Assembly: GCF_009834535.1 (NCBI RefSeq)
Contig: NC_045697.1
Location: forward strand, 73,100,001-73,164,000
Origin: Camelus ferus
Taxonomy: Eukaryota
Length of the DNA stretch: 64,000 bases
Direction of reading: 5' to 3'
In this document: piece by piece, positions 38,350-50,300 of the stretch
How positions within the stretch are numbered: position 1 is the stretch's first letter
Layout of the letters: every line of letters begins with the position of its first letter
Made by a program: the position numbers and the translations under genes
Notes under the pieces: generated by a model
What the model saw: the letters and a program-made list of their open reading frames with translations, nothing else
What the model was told of the DNA's origin: nothing
Databases searched by the model: none

Positions 38350-38680
38350 GGGGCTTGTTATTATTATTTGGTTATTTATTCTTTAGTGACCAGCTGCCTT
38401 ATTTAAGTGAAGTCAATTTCTCCAACACACTATTAAGCCCCTTACATTGTTCCTCAGAGACGTGCAGCCTCCAGTTTGTCCGCAGTCACCCTGGAATGAC
38501 AGTGGTTTCGGCAGGGCTCTCTGTTCCTTCCCTGACCACACCCAGCTGTTATATGCCACTTACTGCTGACTGATTGCTCCATCACTTGTTAACTCTGCCC
38601 TGAAGCATACATATCTCTACAGAGCAATCCAGTCACATCTGGGCTCCTTTGAAGGAATAGTCCCCAAGATCAGGCAAGAA
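38350..38680 (-). mobile_element. Old L1M (MD/MC-like) 5' region fragment
   Basis: 'cagtcaccctggaatgacagtggttt', 'ccctgaccacacccagctgtta', 'gggctcctttgaaggaatagt'. Confidence 0.6.
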
Positions 38681-39299
38681 AAATTAACTAAGCCTTACTC
38701 AATTTTTCCCAAAGGGCTAACAGAACCAAATAGACATTAACTTGTTCTCAACATATGGTATCTTTGAATGGATTGAAGGTTTTCCAGACCGAACTTTTAG
38801 CAAACATATTTCACCTTGGATTTTGTTTATTTATTCAACTACATAAGTGTACAGGGTATTTGTTTCAGCAAAACCTTTAAAGAGTATTGAAATAATTGAG
38901 ATACAAACTGACCATTGCTGAGAATCAGATTCTAACAGGAGACTTATGACAGAACTTGTACACAATCATCACAGCAGAGAGAATTATTGTTAAGTGTCCT
39001 GTGACTGGCAGAAAGAGCCCCGAGGAACTTGCAAAAAACCCATGCCATGTTAAAGGAAAAGCCAGCATTTGAGCTGGATGCCAAGAATGGAGTGGGATTT
39101 CATGAGATGCCAGGAAATTACTGCTATAGCTAAAATTGCGTTGTTTTATTACGTGCCATGCCCCACTCTATGCTCCTTACATGTGTTAGTTAATTTTCAC
39201 TTACCTTTATTTAAAATGATAGATGTTACTATTACTCTCTATTTATAGATGAGAAAAATGAGGCACAAAATGGTTCTTTGTCCCTTTCAGAGAAAAAAA

Positions 39300-39462
39300 A
39301 AACTAAAGATATAATATAAAATATATTATAAAGATATAATATAAAAATAATAGGTATAAGATATAAAGATGTAATGCAAAATAAAGATATAATATAAAAT
39401 AGATTTAAGATATGAAGATATAATATAAAAATAGATATAAGATACAAAGATATAATATAAAA
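39300..39462. repeat. AT-rich degenerate minisatellite (aagatataatataaaa-like units)
   Basis: Seen directly. Confidence 0.85.
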
Positions 39463-40463
39463 AATTTTCTTCCTTCAAATAGGAAGGAAACCTACTGAGA
39501 AGGTTGCAGTATAGATACCTACATTTAGTCAAATAAATTGCGATGTAGCTATTTAAATTTATTAAATAATATAGGAAATTACACCCCCAATTTTTTTTTC
39601 CAAGATGAAGTTCCACTTTGTGAAAGGTTCATAAAATTCATTTGCTGTTTGGCAATATTTAATACTAATTAAATAAATCATAATAAAGCAGTTATCTATT
39701 GTGTTCAAGTGTTACTTTCTAATTAATGATGTAGGAATAAATAAATCTATCAAGAGAGGCTAAAAAAAAGCAAATGTGGACTCTTCAAAAATAGGAGGAG
39801 ACAAACCACATGTCAGAGTAGATCTCTCTTCATGTCTAAGACTTTAAGAGAATGGTAAATCCCTTGTATTTAAGCATCCTGAAGATTTGCATGTACAGTA
39901 CCGAGCATAGCAGAAGTTATCACTGCCATGAGACCAACAGTATCCATTTCCCTATTTCTTACTAGGAAAGAAAACTCTCTCGTAACAAGGTGAGGCACCT
40001 TGTCGTATATCACACACCAGGGTGGTTATTGTCCTGAAATGACATGTAAGATTCTTTACTCCCCGAAGCTGGTTCACAAGTGAAATGATATTTAGGCCCA
40101 GGGATCCAGTCTCTTGCGAATCAGATGAGCATGAAATGCCCACTGGTTTCAGAAACATTTCCACAGAGGGATCACCTTCATAGATCACGAAATCCAATGA
40201 GAAACCGAGAAGCGCCTCCCCTACAGAGGTGATTATTATACTGGTAATTATAAAGCAGTGAGTCATTTTCTCCTTTGTGGAATTGTCTCATTTTTATCTC
40301 TGGTGTTGAAAATCAAGAGCTCATCCATTGGCAGCATGACAATCATATGATCTACGTCATGCTCCACTACAGCAGAAATGTGACAAACAGCTTGCATATA
40401 CCACAAAAAAGAAAAAAAAATGTTTCCATGTGCCACAGTGATCCTTGTTGGGTCATCCCCATG

Positions 40464-41276
40464 TAGGGTTGCCAAATTAAAAATACAGAATGCCTCATTA
40501 AATTTGAATTTCAGATAAGCAATGGATAATTTTTAATATGAGTATAAATATGTAAGTATTAGTATAAATCTAAATATTACTACAAGTACAAAACTTATGT
40601 CCATGAAATATTTGAAATACACTTGTATTAAAAATTACTATTCTTTTCGGGAAAGACCACTGCCCTAGGTTTGCGGTGCTCACGTTCATTTGGGAGCCTA
40701 AATAACTTGATCTGGGGAGAGAAGAGGAGCCCTGCCTAACTTTGCAGTTAACACTGAATGCTTCGGGGCCCTTTATTTGCAGGGAGAGGTGGGAAAGTGA
40801 GTAACACATTATTTTTGGAAGATAAGCCTAGACAGTTTGAAAATGTTTGGGAACAGTGTTTAACACTAGAACTGGACCTTAAACACCAGCAGAGTGATAG
40901 AATATTCTGTTGCCCGGGGGCCACTGAAATTTTTAAAGAATTCCAGAAGACACTTGAGTGGGGCAGACCTGTTAAGACAGTATAGTCTTTTGACCTGGGA
41001 GGCCCAGGTTTCCTATGAGTTGGAAACTTGTCACAGTAGCACCAAGATATTACTTGACCTTTTTTACCATTCTGAAGTAAACTGGATTTTCTAACAGTGA
41101 GTGAAAAGCAGACACCCATGAGAAATTAGATGTCTTCTTAAAGACATTCATGTCAGTTTCCAATGCATTCACAAATTACAACAAAGATGATTATATACAT
41201 AAAAAATTAGTAACTATCTGAGCTTCAAATTTAACTGGGCAATTCAGTATTTGATTTGCTAAATTTGGCAACTCCT
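40464..41276. mobile_element. MER53 (hAT, palindromic) split into two arms, 40464-40640 and ~41202-41276
   Basis: Left arm 'tagggttgcca...ttaaatttgaatttcagataa'; right arm 'tatctgagcttcaaatttaactgggc...atttgctaaatttggcaac'. Confidence 0.85.
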
Positions 41277-43789
41277 GTGCCGGACATAAGACCCAGTCCC
41301 TGACCTCAAGGAGCTTAGCCTCAGGGAGTCAGATATACAAGCCTCATTTAAAAAGAAAAGAAAGAAAATACCTTCTTCTTTAAAGTGCTTCTTCTTAAAA
41401 GCACTTATAAAGTGCTTTGGGATCTCAGCTGAGGAAGTGCCTAATTGAGAAGAGGGGGAATGAAAACATAGCCATGATTTTCTGTTTTACGACTGAAATG
41501 AAGATGGTAGAGAAATGGCTGCGGGCAAGACGTCAGGAGCTTGCTACAGAGCTGGGGAAACAGCACATAAAGACGGGCAAAAGCAGCAAACCACACAGAG
41601 CTACAGTATCGGAGGCACCCTAAGGAATCCATGATTAGTTGCTAAATAACTGGTTTGTACACTAGTGTCATCTAAGAGGGCCTCACTCGTTGCTTCTTAC
41701 ACTGCTCATTGAAAGTAGACTTGATTCCTATAACCAGAGGCGAGTCTCTCCAAGTACAGGGTGGGATCAAGTGTCCACTTGTGTCCCCCAAAGCATTTTC
41801 CACACACTCTTTATTACCGTACTTCTCAAATCTCTAGTTAATATTTCTGTGTCCTCATTTAAGCCATGAATTCCTCAAAGGCAGGATTTTTTTTTATCAT
41901 CTTCTTTATATTCTTCTTATATTCTAAGCCCCTAATTAACACGTGGTACAGTGTATGTGCTCAGCAAATATTGAACTGACTTTGTTGGAATTAATGTGGA
42001 AGGAGATGCCCCTTCGGGGGAAATAAACTTAAAGTGCTGAAAACTGAAGTGATAACTGTGCACATGCCTGTATGTGAATATGCTTTTCTGTGTTAACATG
42101 CATGCTTCTTGACAATGTGTGGTGACCAACAGCCTGCCACAGAGGCCAGCGGCCACAGGGTCACTGTTTAGTTACAGCCGTGTGATATAGTGGTGATGTG
42201 TGAAACACAGATACTGATACAGTAATACCAGTCATGAAGGTAATGGGAACCCAGAAAACCTGGATAATAGGAATGGAATTTACAGACCAAAAATCTGATA
42301 GCAGAGAAGAGTTTTCACTTCTGTTACACCATTTTATCATAAAATAAGTTTTTATCATATTAGTCCCTCCCCTTCCAAGTTTTACCACGCCCATCACTTA
42401 ATTTCATACGTTACTACCCACATGACTGAATAAATGACCACTCCTCAATCTTGATATTTTAAATTCCTTTTGTTCTTTCTACATTACTTTTTTCCAGCAC
42501 AAAATGTAATATCATCTATGCGTACATAAATCTACATAGGTATAGCCTGAAATAAGAGCCCCACGAAAGCTAGAGAAGTTAATTAATATTAATTGATTAT
42601 AGTTATTTGAAGAGAAACAGATTTCTTTTTTTCTTCTCCCTCGTACTTACCAATTTCAGCAACTTTGTTCTGTTGGTCACACTTATTTTTCTCATGATCC
42701 TTATTAAAGCAAAAATATGTGTGTGTGCACACGCGTGTGTGTGTATTAGGGAGGAGCTTGAGCATTTAGCATATATATAGCATATATCTAGCTATATAGT
42801 ATATAGCATAGGATAATATTTTTAAATGTATATTTTGTATGTATGTACAAATATAAAATGTATATACATGGGAAGCTTAAGCATATAGCATGGATGATAT
42901 TTTTAAAAGTGTTCTAGCTGTGTGTGCACACAATTTTGCTTGAAACTGAAGTTTGGTATTAAGAAGGGACGGATTCATCCATGTTTTATGTAATACCAGG
43001 TACACTGTGGGTGCTTAATAAATGTTAAATAATAGCCATCCGCTTCTATCCATTTATCCTCTGTCTGCGATTAAGCAAAGGGGAGCCAAATTATGTCTCA
43101 AGCAGTTTTTATTAGGTTCTATTTTTCTAGGCAGCAGGTGGAGGATTTACAAGGTGTGATGCATTATAGATTTTCCTCAGAATAACTTACCAAGCAGTTT
43201 TAAATAGATACAGTTCTGACCCGTACCCTGCAGTGAGACTGCCAAGGCTAAAAGCAGCATTCAGCCTGTCTGCTTTTGCTTTCTTTCTCTCTTCCTCTGC
43301 CTAAAAATCTTTACTTTTTGTGAAATAAATGAGGCTTTTGCATTTGTGGGCAAACTACCCTTGCCCTTAAAACTGGTAAAAATTACCCATGCCAATTTTA
43401 AGTTCTGATATCAATAACTCTTCGGTGATTTTCTTTTTTGTTCAATTTGTATTTTAGCTGGATTTTGCTGATTGTTTTTAAAGTTTTGGACTCAAGAATA
43501 TGTTATGTTTTAATTGTCACAATTAAATGATATGCCATTTCTAAAGCAGAATGATAAAAAGAGTAATTATTTAGTTTGACAGAGAGATGACAGGGAAATG
43601 AGGTACTGATACAAATTAATCATTAAATCTTAGAGTGTATCTTAAATGCCACCTAGCCTAACTCTTTATCTACAGAATCCCTCTTTACCTATCCCTGTCC
43701 TGAAGTCTGTGGAATCTTCAGAAATATATATTATGATGAGGAAGTCACCTCTTCAAGAGTTAGCTCTTCTTAGCTGGTTTTTTAAGGAG

Positions 43790-46500
43790 AAACAATAGAG
43801 ACAAACCTTTAGCTAGACTCATCAAGAAAAAAAGAGAGAGAACTCAAATAAATAAAATCACAGATGAAAGAGAAGACAGCTGATACCACAGAAATACAAA
43901 GGATCATCGAGGTGACTATGAACAATGATAAACCAACAAACTGAATAACCTAGAAGAAATGGATGAATTCCTAGAAACATACAACCTACCAAGAATGAAT
44001 CATAGAGAAATAGGAAACCAGAATAGACCAATAGCAAATAAGGAGATTCAATCAATAATTTACAATAAAGAAAAGCCGAGAGCCAGATGGTTTCACTGAT
44101 GAGTTCTACAAAACATTTAAAGAAGAATGAACGCCAATCATTCTCAAACTTTTCCAAAGTTTCAACTCCCAAACTCATTTTTCAAGGCCAGTATTACCCT
44201 GATAACAAAGCCCAATAAGGTCACTACAAGAAAAGAAAAACAATATCCCTGGTAAATATAGATGCAGAAATTCTTACAAAATACCAGCCAGTTCAATAGC
44301 ACGTTAAAAGGATCATACGCCATAATCACATGGGATTCATCCTTGGAATGTAAGTTTGGCATAATACATGCAAATCAATTATATTTGCACAAATACAATG
44401 CAAATCATTAATGTGATTGATGTGAGTCATCTTATTAATAGAAGGAAAATAAAAATCATATGATCATTTTGATAGATGCAGACAAATCATTTGACATAAT
44501 TCAATTTCATTCACCAAAGTTTCACAGAAACTCACCAAGTTGTGTATAGAAAGCACATACTGCAATATAATATAGACCATATATGAGATCACAGCTAACA
44601 CCATACACGATGGTGAAATGTTGAAAGATTTTCTTCTAAAATCAAAAATAAGACAAGAGTCTTCACTCTTACTATTCCTATTCAACACAGTGCTAGAAAT
44701 TCTAGACAAAGCAGGAAGAGAGGAGTGAGAGAAAAAGGGGGCATCCAATTGGAAAGAAAAAAGTAAAACATCTCTGTTTGCAGATGACATAATATATATA
44801 GAAAACCCTAAAGACTCCACTAAAAAACTAATAGAATTAATAAACAAACGAAGTAATGTTGCAGGATACTAGATCAACATACAAAAATCAGTTGTGTTTT
44901 TACACATTAATAACAAATTATCTGAAAATGAAATAAAGAAAATAATTCCATTTACAAGTGCCTCTAAAACAGTAATATACTTAGAAATAAATTTAACAAA
45001 GGAGGTGGAAGAGCTGTATGCTGGAAACTATAATACAGCAATAAAAGATACTGAAAAGAAAGTAAATAAATAGATATCCTCCATTCATGGTTTTAAAAAT
45101 TAACATTTTTAAAAAGTCTATACTACCTAAAGATACCTATGTATTTAATGTAATCACTGTCAAGATGTAAATGATATTTTTCACAGAAATAGAAAAAATA
45201 ATCCTAAAACTGGTATGGAACCACAAAAGACCTAAATAACAAAGGCATTCTTAAGAAAGAAAAAGACAGCTGGAGGCATCAGACTTTCTGATTTTAACCT
45301 GTTACAAAACTTTAAGAATTAAAACTATATGGTGTTGGCATAAAAAGAAACATGTAGACCAATGGAATAGAATTGCGACCCCAAATATAAACCAGATATT
45401 AGTGGTCAACTAATATTTAACAGGGAACCAAGAATACTCAGTTGGGAAGATACAGTCCCTTTGATAAATGGTGTTGGGAAACTGGATATTCATATGCAAA
45501 AGCATGAAACTGGATGCCTATTTTACACCAGTCACAAAAATTAACTTGAAATGGATTAAAAATTTAAATGTAAGATCTGAAACTAGAAAATTCCTAAAAG
45601 TAAACATAGTGAAAAATCTCTTTGACATTGATCTTAGCAATGATTTTATGACTATGTCACCAAAAGCACAAGCAACAAAAGCAAAAATACACAAGTGGGA
45701 CTACATCAAACCAAAATCTCCTGCAAGGTGAAAGAAATGATCATAAAATGAAAAGGCAACATACTGAATGGGAGAAAATACTTCCAAACCACATATGTAA
45801 TAAGGGGTTTAAATATAAATTATATAAGGAACTCAAACATACTCAGTAGCCAAAAATTGACTAAGAAATGTGTGAAGGAACAGAATAGATATTTTTCCAA
45901 AGATGGACAACAGGTACATAAAAAGGTGCTCAACATCATGAACCAGCAGGGAGATGCAAATCAAAACCACAATGATGTGTCACCTCACACCCGCTAGAAA
46001 AGCCGTCATCAAAAAGACAAGATATAACAAGTGCTCGTAAGTTTGTGGAAAAAAGGGAACTTTCATACTGCTGGTGGGAATGTAAATTGTTACAGCCATT
46101 ATACAAAGCAGTATGGAAGTTCTGCAAAAAATTAAAAACAGAACTGCCATGTGATTCAGTAATCCCACTTCTTGTTATACATCCAAAGAAAACAAAATCA
46201 ATTTTTTGAAGTGATACTTACATTCCCATGTTCACTGTAGCCAAGACATAGAAACAACCAAAGTGTCCACTAACAGATGAATGGATAAAGAAGATGTGGT
46301 ATGTATACAATGATATATTATTCAGCCATAAAAAAGGAAACCCTGCCATTTTCAACAACACGGATGAACCTTGAAGGCCTTATGCTGAGTGAAATAAGTC
46401 AAACAGAAAGACAAAATTTAGATGTCACTTAGATGTGGAATCTAAAAAAAAAACAAAACCCAAAATCATAGGAAGAGAAAGGCAGTTGATGGTTAAAATT
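43790..46500 (+). mobile_element. L1 (L1MA/MB age) ORF2 RT to C-terminus and start of 3'UTR, decayed
   Basis: 'ctgtttgcagatgacata' (LFADD, RT core); ORF 45468 'LGNWIFICKSMKLDAYFTP...WDYIK'; many stops and frameshifts. Confidence 0.95.
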
Positions 46501-47958
46501 GCCACCTGGGAACTTTGGGGTCATTGAACCAAGATAGCAACCCTGACTTGGAAAAGATAGAGTGATCAGGGGCTCAGAATGAAGGATGGAGAAGAGAGGA
46601 TGAAAGTCAGGAGAGATGCCGAGACAAACAGGGATGAAGGTTAAGGACATACAGAAACTGAGTAACAAAAGGAGAACATGGTTAGAGCCCTTGAGTGCCT
46701 TAGAGCCGCAGCAGTGGTGGCTGTGGTTCATCTCATTAACCTTGCTGTTTTAAATTTGCCTCAAAATTTTAAAAAATGCTCCCAAGACACATATGAAGAA
46801 ATGAATCCGAGTAGCATAAAGTGGCTGTGTTGGGTGCTTGATGTACAACCCAATTCTCCCTCAAAGAAGGACATACACGTGGATGTGACAGTCTTTTATT
46901 CATTCGACAAATAGTTGTTGAACACTTTTATGTTCTTGGTACACTTTTATGTCTATGAGACGGAGATTTAGTTGTGACAAAACAAATTCTCTTCACTTAT
47001 TAAGATTACACTGCAGTTGACTTGAAATCTAATAAGTATATGGGGTTATGTCCCAGATACAAATAAACACAAATTCCAATGTAAATAAGGGCTGCCCTGG
47101 GTAGGACAGAAGTGAGGGGAAAAAATTCCACCTTAGAAGAACTATAAAATGCTTCACAGGGGATTTAAGAGTTAATTGTTTGCAAAGAAACTGAATTAAA
47201 CTTCATTTTCTACTGTCATTTCTGTTTCAAATTGAGTATTTATTTGATGTCTATCTACCCAATAATTCAAATATCTATGAAAAGATAAACACTAGTCTTT
47301 CTTGTTTATGGCTGTAACCCCAGGACTCATCAGGGTGCTCAGCACCAAGTAGCCCCTGAATAAATATTTATTAATTGAATAAATGAACGAATGACTGAAT
47401 GCTATTCTTACTTAGATTACAACAGAGGGGCATTCACAAAACTTGCATTACTGGAATATCTACAAAATCACAGCAGCACCCAAATTTATTTTAGATTGAA
47501 TAATTCGGGAGGATGTATATATGCTGCTTTAAAACGACAACCGCTTCTTTGTAGCCCATGCTAACCTGAGACATTTGCAGCTCACCCTAACCTGAAAAGG
47601 GAATTCTGGGGAGTGTAGTTCAGACAAGGTGTAGTACATCACAAGTCCAATACATGTCTGCATAATTGAAATGAGTTCGCTGATTTATATTCTAGAAACC
47701 CAACAGAAGAATCCTGGGGCCATCAAATGGCAACATTCTTGCTTTTAACCAATATTCGAATTACTTATTTCCATCCAAATTGTCCTCTACATAGTTTAAG
47801 AAAATTTGATTATAGGATTTTATTTTGTAATCCATGCTGAATTGTTTTCTTCAGCTCAGAGTTTCTCCAACTAAAGGTTCTTGCTAAGGAGATTTGTGCT
47901 TTAGCGTATCTGATTCCGAAATTGGGGCTCGTAGCCACAATGCTGCTGCTGCTTCCTT

Positions 47959-47969
47959 TTCTCGGAAGT
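47959..47969 (+). promoter_or_regulatory. Overlapping STAT (GAS) and ETS-like motif
   Basis: TTCTCGGAA (TTCN3GAA) overlapping CGGAAGT with the CpG retained; motif match only. Confidence 0.3.
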
Positions 47970-48344
47970 CGATGCAGTTATGAAGGCTAGTTATATCCTT
48001 GAGCAATCTCATTCAAGTTCCAGGTGGCCCCGATCTCACAGGTGGTTCTGGGGTCTTAGTTGTGACAACACTGTTCCTCCTGGAACCTGCCTCCATCACA
48101 CCAGCAACCTTTAGTCGTCTTGCTTCACCACTTCCCTTACTTGCAGTTGGACTGACCATTAGGTCTCTATCAGATCTATACTATATTTATGTTGCTATTT
48201 TTAGAAAGAGAGGGGTATTTTTTATAGCCCATACCTTAGTTTATTTATGTGGCCACATTTCTGAGCTGTAAATCTGAGCAGAGACCAGAATAAAGAAAGG
48301 AAACAAGCCATTGGATAGACTGGGTGGTAATTCGCAAAAGGGAT

Positions 48345-48358
48345 CTGCCTCCTAGTGG
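48345..48358 (-). promoter_or_regulatory. Candidate CTCF site
   Basis: Minus strand CCACTAGGAGGCAG is close to the CTCF core CCASYAGRKGGCRS and lies in a CpG-retaining unique stretch. Confidence 0.5.
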
Positions 48359-48985
48359 TGTTTTGTTTGTCACCATTATTGGAGCGCCGAGGTGTTGGCA
48401 CGGAGTGGACGGAGGCCTGCCCTTGTGGTCATTCTGCCCTGGGCGGGCAGCCTGCACAGTGATGAACTGTGCTGCATTCCTTATGTCCTTTAAGTGCCCC
48501 GCAGGACATACCTGTAAATGAAGTACCTGCTCATAATGATCTGAGACAAGAAGTAAATCTGAGCCAAGAGCTTAATGATGTTTTACAAATAAACTCAAAG
48601 TACCTTTGGCATGGATTTAACATTTATGAAGTTTTTACAGGAATGACACAACCTTATAAATTAAGGAAAATTGCAGGTTTTTTTTTTCTTTTTTTGAGGC
48701 ATATCACTAACAGTTATTCACCATTTTGGAAAACCCCATCACTATCAAGAAAGCTCTTCCTCTTCTCAGTGGTTCTCATACTGTTAGACTCAGCCCTCCT
48801 CTTCGTAACCAGCATTTTGTAAAAATTCCATTATGAAATAAAATTCACAGGTAATAGAACACACTTACACATACCTATCATATCTAACCTAGTATTACAC
48901 CTACACATAGAGGCTTTCAGTTTGGAACAAGTTTGGTATTTGAAATTAAAAAAAAAAAAAAGCCAGTGTGGCTGAATAGAAGAAA

Positions 48986-49070
48986 AAGAGAGAAAGAGAG
49001 AGAGAGAGAGATTCTGTGTGTGTGTGTATGTGTGTGTGTGAGAGAGAGTGTGAGTGAGAAAGAGAGAGAA
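48986..49070. repeat. Compound (GA)n/(GT)n microsatellite within an L2 fragment
   Basis: Seen directly; flanks 'gccagtgtggctg' and 'ttggaaggttgtaag' are L2-like. Confidence 0.85.
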
Positions 49071-49829
49071 AGATTTTGGAAAAATAAGCAGGTATTAGAT
49101 CATTTACAACCTCCTGCACCAGAGTTGGGGATTTGTGGATTTTATTTTGAAAATAATATAAAGCTGTTGGAAGGTTGTAAGGATGGAAGTGTCAATATTC
49201 ACTTATTCAAATTATATGAATTCAAAAAACTAAAGAATAAAGAGTTAAAAGGGTAGACATGAAAAACCCAAAGGTTGTGGGTCTGTGGGTGAGAAGATGG
49301 TATCTGCTCCTTGTCTAAATGAATACAACTCGGAGACAGCCAGCCTCCCTGAACAGTTAGCACAAATTTGGGATATATCAAGAGAACCAAGAGGATATGG
49401 AGAGATTGCAACAATTCTAGGATTTAGATTCAGGACTTGGAGAATCTATTACTTACAATGTTGTTTGAAATAAGTTGATTTCCTATATGCCTTGGTGAAT
49501 AACCACTAAGTTTTCTGGAGTATGCTAAAAACAAAAAAAAAAGAAGCAAAACACCAAAATTAAGTGACAACCATAAGGCATACTTAGATCTAGTAGAAAA
49601 AAAGCCTTACATATTCAGATAAAGATAGACAGTCAATAATAATCATGCCTTTTCTGCTCAAATGTACCTTTGTAAGGAAAGGCATTTTCTTCTTTCTAAA
49701 ATAAGAACGTGCATTTGTTCGGCAACTCCTTTACTGCTCAGATCTAGGCATGCTGCACATAAAAATCATTTTGTTACTGACACTTCAAGGTGGTGGCTAG
49801 TTGAGATTACTGAGGGAAAAAAGGAAAAG

Positions 49830-50300
49830 GCTTCTGACAGGAAGGACTCTAGATAAGTTACAGTCTCTATTACGGCAACTGGTCCTGAGGTGATAATTGA
49901 TATTTATCACTCCCTCCCTCCACCATGAGATCAGATTTCCCAAACACTCAGCCGGCTCTTTGACTGGTCTAGGTTGCTTTCATGGTGTGGTGAGCTGATT
50001 TCATCGGTGAAGGTCTGAGCTTTTGGTCGCTTTGGACTTATCAGACCACACTTGCTCTAACTGGCCCTCCTGTGTTAATCACTAAGCACAGAAGGAAAAA
50101 GAGAGTCTCCTGTGAGTTCACACAGCCCCAGACACACTCCTCTTCATCATTCTTCTCTGGCAGCAACCCTAGCTTCACACAGCAGTGAGGACCAATCACT
50201 TTTGCTGAGGAGTCCATAGTGACCAGGCAATACGTGGAGTCTTATGCTCAGTGGGACACCATTATGACTTCTATGATCATTGCTTTGGTGAATGCATCCT
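49830..50300 (-). mobile_element. ERVL/MaLR internal fragment
   Basis: Minus-strand translation near 50200-50160 gives VIGPHCCVKLGLL, resembling the ERVL dUTPase-like VIDPDY..ExGLLL motif; 'gcaactggtcctgagg'. Confidence 0.6.

Noticed and set aside
39979..39991. 'tcgtaacaaggt' resembling the SSU rRNA 3' motif
   Set aside because: Only ~12 nt match, with no flanking rRNA similarity
43858..46168. Several ORFs of 60-127 aa
   Set aside because: They are sense or antisense fragments of a decayed L1 ORF2
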